A stretch of DNA of 64,000 bases from positions 27,590,001 to 27,654,000 of the forward strand of contig NC_047016.1 of NCBI RefSeq assembly GCF_902652985.1, written 5' to 3'. Under the pieces are notes generated by a model. It was given only the letters and a program-made list of their open reading frames with translations. It ran no database searches and had not been told where the DNA came from. Positions within the stretch are counted from its first letter, which is position 1. Every line of letters starts with the position of its first letter. Below are positions 1-11,400 of this stretch, piece after piece. This DNA is from Pecten maximus (lineage: Eukaryota). Both the position numbers and the translations under genes were made by a program.

Positions 1-1947
1 TTTGACTTGATCATTAATAACTTTCCGAAGTACCCTAGGTATCAGACAAAATGGAGGAAACAAATATGGCTCGAGACCCTCCCAAGTTATAGTAAAAGCA
101 TCCACATTCTCAGACATAGGGTCTGGCCCCCAAGACACAAATCTGTCCAACTTGTGATTTAATCTTGAGGCGAACAAATCAATGTCAGGTAGGAAAAACT
201 GCAAGCAAGTCCTTTGAAAAATACTTGGGTCTAAACTCCATTCTGTCTGTACCGAGAACTTCCGAGATAATGCATCAGCCTGAACATTCTCAATACCAGG
301 TAAATACTTCGCGGAGACAAAGATGTCCCGCCCATGACACCACAACCAGATATCTTTTGCTAAACAGTTTAGTTTATCTACTGTACCACCCATATTGTTA
401 ATGTAAGCCACTGCAGTAGTATTATCACTCTGAACCATAATCTGAACAGAAGACCACTCTTTACAGAAAGCATGCAGAGATAACTGAATTGCTTTCAACT
501 CGAGATAATTGATGTGTTCTGTAGCCTCCTGTAAAGACCAGAGACCATTTACCTCCCTGGTGCCTAGCACAGCTCCCCACCCCTCCAGTGAGGAATCGGT
601 GGTCAAAATACAGTCAGGATTAGGCTGTCTTATGAGTTTACCATTGGACATAACTAGATTCTCTTGCCACCAAGTAATCTCTGCAATGCTATCTGAACTA
701 AGGGCCACGACCCCATCATACTCGTCCACAGAACCCGCAAGACCCCTTAACTTGTCTGCCTCTAACGAGCGATAATAAAGAGGTCCTAAAGGAATGGCTT
801 TAAATGATGAGGTAAAACATCCAATGAGAGAGGCTAGCAGCCTTATAGAGACATCATGAGTAGACAGAACCTGCTGACACTTCCCTAAAATTTTTTCAAC
901 TTTATCGTCTGGTAAAAATACTTTGAATTGGATTGAATCAATGATATAACCCAAATGACAAATGACCTGTGTAGGTTCTATAATAGACTTCTCTCTATTG
1001 ACCTGGAAGCCCAGGCTAATGAGCAAATCCATTAAGACTTTAGTGTCCATACCACATTTCTCTTTCTGAGCGGCCCTCGTAAGTGAATCGTCAATATAGT
1101 AAAAAACTGATATTGCTCTACTACGAAGGTAACTGTAAACTGGTTTCAAAATTTTTGTAAAAACTCTTGGGGCACATGCCAAACCAAAAGGGAGCGCATG
1201 AAACTCGTATAACGAGCCACGCCACTCAAACCTTAATAATTTCCAAAATTTCGCAGCTATAGGGATGCTAAAATAGGCATCTGTCAAATCAACTGAAGTG
1301 AAATAGTCAAATCTCTGAACTGCCTGCAAGACAATGTCCAGTGTTTCTTGTTTAAAATGTTCGTAAGCCACATGATCATTTAAGTTACGTAAATTTATGA
1401 CTGGGCGAAACTTACCATCTTTCTTCCTAACCAAGAAGATATTGGACAAAAATTCACCATACTCATGTTCACATGCTACTATTGCCCCTTTACTAATCAA
1501 ACCAGCTACCTCACTGTCTATTAATAATTGCTCTGTCTCAGAAAAAGAAATGGGTTTAGGCACAAAAGTCTGGACTGGCCATTTATCACCACCAAACTCT
1601 ATATCATAACCCTGAACTGCGTTCAGAACCCACTCATCGGATGTAATACCTCGCCACTTTTCAATGAATTTGGCAATTCTCCCCGAAGGGCCTGTATCAC
1701 TCACCTTTAGTGCTACTGGTTGACTGTTTTTCCTGCCCCCTGGTTGGCATCGTTGCTGGGGTTGCTCTGAAACTGTCTTCTCCCCCTTCTGTGAAACCTC
1801 GAGTTCCCTCTGTGAGACAGCTGGGACCCTCTGTAGCCTCCTCGCCCCCACGGGGCCTGCCAGTTTTTTGATGACCGTCCACCACGATAACCAGAATTGT
1901 ATCGATTGCCGAAAGCTCGACCTCTCCTCTGCGTGCAACGATTCAAG
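1..1947 (-). CDS. pol: DIRS pol ORF: reverse transcriptase, RNase H and adenine-methyltransferase-like domain (partial, open at the window edge; not in the ORF track)
   Basis: Hand-translated with no stop from 1947 to 1. Motifs: GRIAKFIEKWRGITSDEWVLNAVQGY, FRPVINLRNLN, VDLTDAYFSIPI, LPFGLACAPRVFTK, YYIDD (1101-1087); RNase H TTDSSLEGWGA, HINYLELKA, SDNTTAVAYIN, NVQADALSR; MT-like DLFASRLNHKL and YLFPPF. Confidence 0.93.
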
Positions 1948-2903
1948 TCATCAAGCTCCTTAATTCTCTTCTCTACATTATCACCGAAAAGTTCTGTAGT
2001 GATAGCAGTATCAGCATTACACAACGGATACAAGTGTTTGTAGGGCAATGACGGACGAATAAACCATCTCCGTTTCACTGACAGCTCATAGTGCACATTA
2101 CATAAAAGACTTAGTCCGTCGGACAACGTCTTCTTAATCTCTTTTGAATCAACACTAATCTCTGACGTCCCCTTCTTCCCAAACTTCTGAAATTTGGAGA
2201 CCAAAGTCAGAAAAGGGACCATAGCATGGCCCAGAAGTCTCTGAAAATCTTGCAAGGCTCTATCACATGTCTGGGCGTTGGCCCCAACGAAATTCCACAC
2301 CGCGTGGTTGGTATGCGGGGGCAACAGTGCCTCAATATTCTCAGGAATTTTATACAGTTCGTTCAGTTTACTCACGTCCGCCCTAGTTCTGACGGCAGAA
2401 GTAATGCTCTCCGCTACTTTCGCCGAAAGAGCTGGTCCGAACTTGGCCTTGTCATATATATCCGCTAACTGGAAGACCTCGTCATCCTCAAACTCTTCCG
2501 AACCATCATCCTCGGACTCCTTTTCAAACAAGGATAAATCATCAATCTCTCGACCACGGAGGTCGCCATCTTGGATCTCGCGAACGTCTCGCACGTTCTC
2601 GTCCGAAACTTTTTTCTGAGCCACCACTTTCGTTAACTGCTCTATAGCAGACAACACAGAGTCAAGTTTCTCGTCACCGGCTTTTCTCTTTTTCCTTGGA
2701 ACACTCTCCGACTGCGTCGGTTTTCCTTTCTGTTTACCGACCCTTTTCGACTGAAGCCGAGTCTTGGGTCTGGCCAATTTGACCGGAGAAGTTGCAGCTT
2801 CGCTGCAAACAGTGACGTTAGCTCCAACATTAACGCCGGGCCCCTCAAACTCAAACTCATTATCCGACCCTAACGATAGGGCGTCGTCTGACACGTCAGA
2901 CAT
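1713..2903 (-). CDS. gag: DIRS ORF1 (gag-like protein)
   Basis: ORF-track 404-aa frame with its first ATG at 2903 (MSDVSDD). Acidic/basic low-complexity N-terminus, core PENIEALLPP...ELFGDNV, and an RG-rich C-terminus typical of DIRS ORF1. It overlaps the pol frame. Confidence 0.85.
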   Translation of the reverse strand: MSDVSDDALSLGSDNEFEFEGPGVNVGANVTVCSEAATSPVKLARPKTRLQSKRVGKQKGKPTQSESVPRKKRKAGDEKLDSVLSAIEQLTKVVAQKKVSDENVRDVREIQDGDLRGREIDDLSLFEKESEDDGSEEFEDDEVFQLADIYDKAKFGPALSAKVAESITSAVRTRADVSKLNELYKIPENIEALLPPHTNHAVWNFVGANAQTCDRALQDFQRLLGHAMVPFLTLVSKFQKFGKKGTSEISVDSKEIKKTLSDGLSLLCNVHYELSVKRRWFIRPSLPYKHLYPLCNADTAITTELFGDNVEKRIKELDDLNRCTQRRGRAFGNRYNSGYRGGRSSKNWQAPWGRGGYRGSQLSHRGNSRFHRRGRRQFQSNPSNDANQGAGKTVNQ

Positions 2904-3281
2904 GATAAATAGAAAAAAACCACACACGCACGTGGCTTGTCACGCAAGCGACCAAATCCTGAAAAAATATCAAAACAAAAATAAGAACGTGTGTCTACAA
3001 CAGTCAATACGCGGTTTCGGTAACAAAATACAGAAAATTAAAACGAAGCAAAAAGAATGCTCGCGTTCTTTCAAAAATCACTATTGTATCAACGACACTT
3101 ACCTTCGAGGTGAAAACGGGTAGCACCCTCGTGTGCTCGAAACGAAAGATGGTTTCGTCGTGCGTGCGCGTGCTTTTGTAGGCTAGCTGATTTGCATATT
3201 TTAATCTTCAGATCGAGGTTGTTGTGCATAGAAACGGAAATGCTACCTTACCCCTGATAGCCGGAAGGCTACGGAAAAGAA

Positions 3282-4060
3282 TTTATGGGACACGGCACAG
3301 AAACAGTTACATGTAAAACATGATCACGATATCTATGGAAGATTGAGGGATAAAAGAAATTGCATATCTGAGTTGGCAAAACTTAAATCTGCAATACCAG
3401 CAAATTATAAAAGAATATTAATAGAGGATGAAATGAGGGATGAAGATAATGTTAAACTTTTTGTGAATTCTGAATTGAATATTTTAGATCGTAACAATAC
3501 AACGATCGAACATAAAAAATTAAAACTTAATATGATAAGCATGAAGTTGAATGCCAATACCGAACCTGCTCTTCAGAACAAATTGGGAAAGAGTTTACCA
3601 AAAACAGTTTTCGTGGGGAAAAAAATGTGACTGAATTGTTTTAATATATTAACCTGTCTAAAAATCAAAGAATTTCAATGGAAATGTTTACATCAAATAC
3701 TATATACTGAAATGAAAATAGTAAAATTTTGAAAATGTCATTTCTGCAAAACTGAAAATGAGGATTTCCAACATTTATTCTTCAGATGTGAATATACGAA
3801 ACTTGTGATAAATTATGTAGAAACCATATTAAAGGACCATAAAGATACTTGATATAGAGGGAACTGTTATGCTTGGCTATTCACATGATGATATAGGTAC
3901 GAAAACGTTTGCTACATTGACAAACAGTATAATCTGTAGTATGAAATAGATGATTTTGAAATGTCGGAATGATCTAAAACACAATGAAGGCAACCAAACA
4001 TATAACTCACAAAATTGCAATTATAGAGACAATTAAAAAATGAATTATTGTGTTATTATA
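3282..4060 (+). mobile_element. Decayed L1/Tx1-like non-LTR retrotransposon ORF2 C-terminal fragment
   Basis: Interrupted frames give RDKRNCISELAKLKSAIP, KEFQWKCLHQILYT and the zinc-finger-like KCHFCKTENEDFQHLFFRC (~3733-3790), with stops and frameshifts. Confidence 0.7.
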
Positions 4061-4969
4061 AATCAAATTTAAGCAAAGTAATTTCTGTTCTTAAGCATGG
4101 CTGAGATGGCTCTATAGATCAGTATAAAGCATTTTCAATTATCTCCCCTTTCTGTGTACGTGACAAGGATATTTTAAGATTCAATATAGTTTAATGTAAA
4201 AAAAAATGTGTAAAATTAAGCACAACTAGTCTACTGTCAAACTTTATCCCGAACTCTGATCACTTGAACACTGACGATAAAAGTTTTTCATGACACCGCC
4301 GACTTTAAGATAACGAGTTTCAGCTTTTTACATCACATACGCAGTTAAGTAAATATTCCACTAAAAGTCTTTACCTTATCTATTCCTGACTGTTTGCAAT
4401 ACTTTGTTTAACAGAAAATCATTTTTGAAATGTTTTCATTTACTCTCTCTTAATTTAATCTTAATTTCCGATGAGTTTGCTTATTTTTTTGTTTCCACCA
4501 TTCCGTTAATTTGTCAAGTACATATGAAGCCTAAACTCAACGTGTTCAAAACTACAGCAGAAAGCAAAAAAAATGTTACTTTATGGCGTAAAAGAATTGG
4601 AGCTTTGATGTCGGGCAGCAAATTTTAGTAAGTTGTATTCAAACCACTCACAGCCTCGGCAGTAAGTGTTAGAGGGATTTGGTGATTATATACCTCGTCA
4701 AGCTCATCATGTGGGATTCATCAGACTTAAGTCTATTTCTTTTTTTAAACACTATTTAAAGTCCTTTATACCAGAGCTCTCAGTGACAAAATCATAATAC
4801 AACAAGGAAGAGGTAATTTTCAAATAAAAGGGAGGGAAACAGTAACACATAGTTATTTTGTTCGTTTATACATCAAGATTGATCAATTAACTGACAATTC
4901 AGAATAACGTTCTTCAAACAGAAAATATAAAATCATAATTATTTAGCATACATTCACGACAAATTGGTA

Positions 4970-5088
4970 TAAACAGCCAGGGTGATTTAAGGAGGTGCCA
5001 GGATTTGTAAGGTTGAAGCACAGGCCTATGGCCAGTACTAGGCAACTACGTATACCCCACTGGAGTTTCCTCTCGGTCATTGCGGCCC
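4970..5088 (-). mobile_element. Degenerate, internally deleted tRNA-derived SINE relic
   Basis: The minus strand starts GGGCCGCAATGACCGAGAGG (degenerate tRNA head/A-box) and ends CCTGGCACCTCCTTAAATCACCCTGGCTGTT. This resembles, from memory, a common bivalve SINE; not verified by search. Confidence 0.45.
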
Positions 5089-6796
5089 TTTGGACTGACT
5101 ATAGATAGCCACAGATAACCAAGGCATTGACCATTAAGGTGTGATGATTGGTCTTTACTCAACTGTAATTGTTGTCATGAGTTAGGTGTCATTTCAACGT
5201 CAAAATGGCGGTTCAATCTAAAAGATCAAGTAACCTGTCTGTGATGTTTCCTTACTTTAGTTAAAATCGAATCAAAATCTACATATAAGAGACAAACAGC
5301 AGCTTGAAATATAAATCAAAACGTTCAGCTGTCTTGTGATAGATTTTTTACTCATTATCAGTTACATTATTTATGGCAAATCTCTAACATTTGTAATGAT
5401 GTTAAATACTACAGCAAGGAAATTCAGGATTTACATTTACCACTCTGCTGCGAGGATATGTCGGCCCAAGGATTTAACATTCATATGAAACTGACTATTT
5501 GTAATATGCACTCCGATTGGTCGTAATCTGCTAACAATCAGAAAGCCGAACACATATTATCCAGCAAGTAGAACCTAGCCGTCGCACGGATAAACTGAAT
5601 GCAGCTGGATCTGCTCGAATACACCACGACGTTTGACCACAACGGATTGCTATGTAAAAGTATGTAAACAACTTAGCTGTATTCACCAGGTATGACAATA
5701 TATTTTAATTTAGAATTTATTCGAAATTCTGTTTTGTAAAAAAAATTGTAGTGTAATGTATTTTAAAGTATCGCAGACGAGCCTAACAACAGGTCGCATT
5801 AAAATCAAATTGAAAAGGGTCATTAAGAGTATTCACATTGATGTGTTAAAATGTATCTTACCTATGATTTGCTTCATAAAAGATTGTGTTATAAAAAACC
5901 ATAATAATGACTCACTGTAAGAAATGATTTCAAATATTTCCAACCCATGTTCATTTAAAAAAAATATATTGCCACGTACTGCGGAAATAATGACATAACA
6001 AAAATCGTTAAAAAGGTAGATAAGATAGAAATCTGCATGTGGACCGGCCGGTATGTCGGCCCGGCCACCAATAGTAACGGACACTCGCCGAAAAAACTTA
6101 ATCATGTCTCTTTATATTTATACATGCCTTATTAGCTGGGGATGCATAGACTGCTCTTGACACACATACACTACATAGATATAGACACTGAGTTGGGAAT
6201 TTGTTTTCAAATCCAATATATGCTGTCGGATTTATATGAATGCACAATATACTTGAATATGAATAGTCTTATCTTATCTTTTGTGATGGCCTTGATCTGT
6301 TTAAAGTTAGGAAGTTGTGCGCGTCTCTCGTTTTTGTTTCATATCTCTATATAACCTTTTTTTTTTTAAACATTGCGTGATTTTGTCTCCTCAACGCTGC
6401 ATTGTTATGGTACATGTATTTCTGAAATTCAAAATCATTTAAAGATGGGTTTCCGCGTATTTTCGCTTTTTATTTCATTACAACACAATGTTTATGATTG
6501 AATGCTTTTATGAATTCCTATCTATTGAAAGGAACTTGTCAAAACCAACAAAACAGTTTGTATTATAACTTTTACATTTTTATCATTTTGTTTCGGGGAT
6601 CTAATGTTACTCATATACCGCCATGCATGTTTACTTCACTATTACATATAACGGAATATCACGTGATCGTTCTGAGCCAGTGAGCTTGAGCTTTCAGTAC
6701 GCTGGCCGGGGAAATCACTATGCATTTTGGAAGTAAAGAGACAATATCTTGAGAAAATGACAACCATAATGCATTTTCCTATCCAACTAAATAAAG

Positions 6797-6940
6797 GACA
6801 CATACGTGCACCGTTTTACAAAGTAGATGTATTTACAATACACAAGCACGTGTTTTGTGCAACATCGTGTGTGAATCGAAAATTATTTCAAACACGTGTT
6901 GTGCACACAGTAAATATAGTTTTAAAACTGTGCACGTGTC
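6797..6940. repeat. Imperfect fold-back (MITE-like) inverted repeat
   Basis: GACAC..GTGCACCGTTTT..TATTTAC..CACAAGCACGTGTTT is mirrored by AAACACGTGTTGTG..GTAAATA..AAAACTGTGCACGTGTC. Confidence 0.55.
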
Positions 6941-7290
6941 TTTACTTCAAATGAAATAAAGAAATATATAATTGCGAGTATATGCAATACTTATTGGACT
7001 TACTTACTACGTCAATTACATTTCTGCCAACTGAAGAATTTCATTTCACTTTTAAAATAAATATGTAAATCCAATTGACTTTCGTAATGTTGCTTTATTG
7101 AATATGGTCTGCAACACGGCCCATGGGAAATAACTCCAATCCATCCACATACAAATAACATAATTAGCGGCCGAAAGAATCGCTTGGAATAATATCACAG
7201 TGCTGTCTTTCCAAGAGAGATTCACCCGAGGTAAATTCAGAAAATATTCGCTGGTAGCCTTTAAAAACTTAAAGTTTGTTGTGAGATAAT

Positions 7291-8139
7291 TGTTACGGCC
7301 TAAATGTTAGTTTTATGTTGAATTTATTGTTTAGTTTCATTTGTGGTAATTTTGTTAAGATTCCGGAAAATACGGTTATCCGGTTTCCGGTTTTAGTATA
7401 GACGAATATTATGGGATAGCGTTATCCAAGCGCAGCACATGTTTTGAGTATGAGAAGATTCGTTCGGACTATCGTAGGATACGATACGGTAACTAATTAC
7501 TGTTGAATGATTTGAATATGATTTATGCTTGTTTAGGAATCCATGTCATCATGTTATAATGTCATTTTGGATAATTCGGCCAATATATAAATATGTCAGT
7601 GAACCGTGGACAGACGACAAGTCCCTCGTGCATTCTAGTCTATCACTTGATTTCTGCTGTATTTGTATGCTATGATATGATTGATACATTGCTGTTTCAT
7701 TGCTGTTTAACTCGCTATAAATGTGTAAGAGTAATAGTATCGTAATAGTATTGTATTTTGCTATATTTATCAGGTTCGGTTAAATTCATTCTGGGCCGAA
7801 ACGTCCTAGTCTTGTCAAGTCATGTGTATTGTATACTGAATAGTAGAGGGCGAGTTGTTTCGATCTCATCTACAGATCAAACTCGTCATGTGTTATAGAT
7901 GATAAGGCATAATAGTAATTACTGTTGCTTAGTTAATTAGTCTAATAAGTACTGTTTCTTTTCGTTACAGTCAATCTATCTACGTAGAACTATCATTGAG
8001 TCACTACACCTGTACTGTACATGTATGTAGTTGAACTGATGTCAAAGATAATAAACACAGATGAAGCCAGGAAGATGGAATTGACCTCATTTATTATTAC
8101 GATAGCCAGAACGATTTCGAGGCGTATTCGACGCCTACA
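7291..8139 (+). repeat. 5' LTR (849 bp)
   Basis: TGTTACGGCC...ACGCCTACA, a direct repeat of 14334-15179. AATAAA at 8050-8055. Confidence 0.97.
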
Positions 8140-8211
8140 TTCATTGACGTATCATCCCAGATGTAAGAGGTATGATCTTCAAGCTTTTAAGTGATACAGA
8201 TCTGGAACAAG

Positions 8212-8466
8212 ATGGCTACTAGAGACAGAGAAGCTGTAGAAGGTTACATGTATGACTTAAATTCAGATTCTGGACGGGCCAGAAAATTTAGTGAGAAAGG
8301 CATGCAGTACAATATGGAACAGCTTGACAAAAAATACAAGTCTCTATGTAGGTCAGAGAGATATTTAAAAGAAATAGCCACTGAAGATGACGAACCTTTG
8401 GATATTGTGCGTAAAAAATACAGTATGTGGATGAGTGAGGTTCGAAAAATATTTGGAACTGTATGA
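8212..8466 (+). CDS. N-terminal piece of the BEL/Pao polyprotein, out of frame with the main ORF
   Basis: ATG at 8212 (AAGATGG context) gives MATRDREAVEG... and overlaps the main ORF. Removing one G from GAGG near 8440 fuses the two frames (..WMSEFEKYLELY..). Confidence 0.6.
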   Translation: MATRDREAVEGYMYDLNSDSGRARKFSEKGMQYNMEQLDKKYKSLCRSERYLKEIATEDDEPLDIVRKKYSMWMSEVRKIFGTV

Positions 8467-11400
8467 CATTTTGCTGCCCCAAGTCTCTTCCCATGAGCAT
8501 GATGAGTTTGTTCAAAGGTTCAATGAGAATTATGGTTCTGCGAAACAATTCAAAAGTTGGATTGAGAACTACATTTCTTCGCGGAGTGCTATGACATTGA
8601 GTAAGAACACTTTATCTGTAGCCGAAGAGTTGAGTGTGGCTGGCGAGAAAATAGACCAAGGCATTATAAAGAAAACTGATCCAGAAGCCGATGATAATGT
8701 ATCCGTTTCCAGTACTGCCAGTTCATACGCGTCTCTGAAACGTATCAAAGAAGAACAGGTTAGGGTAGAATTAGAGACAAGGAAACTAGCGTTATCAAAG
8801 AAACATGAAATTGAGTTAGCTAAGTTGTCGCTAAAGCTCAAAGAGGAAGAGCTGGAACTTGATACCGGTATAGCTGTCGCTCAAGCGAGAAGCGGAGTAC
8901 TCGACAAGTACGACTCAAATGAAAATCTTAATGCTTCAGTTGACCAGGCTCTTGCGTTCGAGCAACCGCGATTTACCTCCCCTAAGCCGCGACCATTGCC
9001 TGTACGATTTACAGATGAAAGTGTTTGTGCAAGTCCCCCTCCAGTCCTATATGATAGACCTAGACCGCATATGACTGGTGTAGCAGAAGTGTCATCGAGA
9101 ACACTACCTGAACAATATGTTGATTCGTCCCATTCACAAACCGTAGTTCAGTCGGTAGTTCAACATTTAAGAAAACCTGTGGCAGAGGTAAAGAAGTTTA
9201 GTGGAGATCCTCTAGAATATCGCAGATTTATTCGTCAATTTCACTCGAAGGTTGTAATCAACACTGATGATGACGATGAAAGGATGAACTACCTTGAACA
9301 ACTTACATTCGGAGATGCACATAAAGTGGTGTCAGGATTCAGCCATCTTAACGGCGACAAGGCTTATAAGGCAGCCATGAGTCAGCTGGAGGATCGCTAT
9401 GGCGATGAGGAAGTTATAGCGACAGCTTTCATCAAGAAAGCATTAGACTGGCCCACCATTCGTCCTGGAGACCCGAAGGCACTCGATGACTTCTCTTTGT
9501 TTCTTGTAGAGTGTGATAATGCAGTTGGCACAGAATCAAATGGCGTTCTTGACTACTCGGACAATATTAAGAAATTAATGCTCAAACTACCCTTCTATCT
9601 GCATGATAAATGGAGGAACCAAGTATATAAGTACAAGGAAGCAAAGAGGAAGGTTCGGTTCAAGGACTTAGTGAAGTTTGTGAAGACAGAGGCTAAGAAA
9701 ATCAACGACCCTACGTATGGAAGTATTGCCACTGGGACTTCAAGACCAAAGACTCCGCAAAAGATTGCACGTTCCAGCAATGCAGTTCCAGAGATTGTTA
9801 CAGATTCTATACCTAAGAGCACCAGTGACACCGTACCTCCTCCAGCCCCGAATTATAAGTGTTTCTTCTGTGACTCTACTTCCCATTCTCTGGATACTTG
9901 CAAAAAGATAACTGCCAAACCTATGAACGAAAGAGTCAACTTCATTAAAGAAAAGGGATTATGCTTTGGCTGTCTCAAGAAAGGCCACTTGTCGAAGAGA
10001 TGCCGTAATCGTTCCAAGTGCGGCATATGCAATAAAAGTCATCCATCTATCTTACACAACGAAGAAAGCTCGTCAGTTGTTAGTGTATCGAATGCCAGTA
10101 CTGGTTATGCTATCGCAAAAGAAGATCAAAAGGGGGATGTGTCTTGTGCCATGGCGATAGTCCCAGTTAGAATTCGCTTGCGTGATAAACCTCATAGTAT
10201 AGAGACATACGCATTCTTGGATACAGGTAGTAGCGCTTCGTTTTGCACCGAGACAGTTATGAAACAGCTTGGAGCTAGAGGTAAGAAGACACAGCTTACA
10301 CTGAGTACAATGGGTGAGCCATTTATCATGAACACATTTTCCATCAGTGGACTGCAAGTAAGTGACATTGACTCGGAAAATGCTATTGATCTTCCGCGAG
10401 TGTTCACGAAGGAGAAAATGCCCGTGTCTAAGAAGCACATCCCAACACAAGCAGAGGTGTCAAGGTGGGAACACTTAGCAAAGGTTTCACTAGCTGAGCC
10501 TAACTGTGAGATAGGTTTGATGATTGGTAGCAACGTACCAGATGCCTACTCGCCTATTGAGATACTTGCAGGCCCTAGTGGATCACCACATGCTACAAGA
10601 ACTAAGCTTGGATGGGTGGTCTGGAATGTTCTTCGAGAAAGCGGTACTATACAAGTCAACAGAGTTCACATTCAGGATGAGTCTGGAGAAGACATCGAAG
10701 ACATGGTTAAGAGATCTATGAACCTCGATTTCCCTGAGCGTCTTATTGACGATAGAAAAGAAAACTCGAGGGAGGACAAACAATTTTTGGATATGGCTGA
10801 AAACTCTATTTATAAGGATGGAGAACATTACTGCGTTTCGTTGCCATTTCGTAACATGGTCACTATTTTGCCTGATAACTCGGTAATGGCTAAACGGAGA
10901 TTACGCAGCATTGAGAACAGGTTCAAGGCAGATCCCAAGTTCAAAGAAGATTACACTACCTTCATGGAAACACTGTTGGAGAAAGGTCATGCGGAACCAG
11001 CACCTGTGGGATTTGACAAAGGAAAGGTCTGGTACATTCCTCATCATGGTGTATACCACAAGAAAAAGAACAAGATTCGAGTGGTGTTTGATTGCTCTGC
11101 GCGATATCAAGGTGTCTCCCTTAACGACAACTTACTCCAGGGACCTGACCTTACAAACAATCTTCTTGGTGTGTTGATGCGATTCCGGGAGGAACCAGTG
11201 GCTGTCATTGGAGACATTGAAGCGATGTTCTATCAGGTGAAGGTCCCAGTAAATGAAAGAGACTATCTGCGATTTTACTGGTGGCCCAACGGGAATACTG
11301 CGAATGAGCCAAGGAGCTACAGGATGACGGTTCACCTGTTTGGAGCCTCATCATCTCCCAGTGTTTGCAACTTTGCTCTTCAGAAAACTGCAGAGGACAG

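Larger units (their letters stand above)
1..3281 (-). mobile_element. DIRS1-like tyrosine-recombinase retrotransposon, 5' part (the recombinase ORF and 3' end are expected beyond the left edge)
   Basis: Gag-like ORF followed by an overlapping RT/RNase H/methyltransferase-like ORF, the DIRS1 layout. A GC-richer leader starting TTCTTTTCCGTAGCC (minus strand, ~3281) ends abruptly against a LINE relic. The exact terminus is approximate because the other end is not in the window. Confidence 0.9.

Noticed and set aside
5400-6110. GC-richer block with repeated TATGTCGGCCC
   Set aside because: Probably a dispersed repeat, but I could not define ends, a TSD or coding remnants.
7775-7812. GGCCGAAACGTC in the LTR resembling a hammerhead ribozyme half
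   Set aside because: No upstream CTGANGA core; it simply pairs with GTTCGGT as a hairpin.
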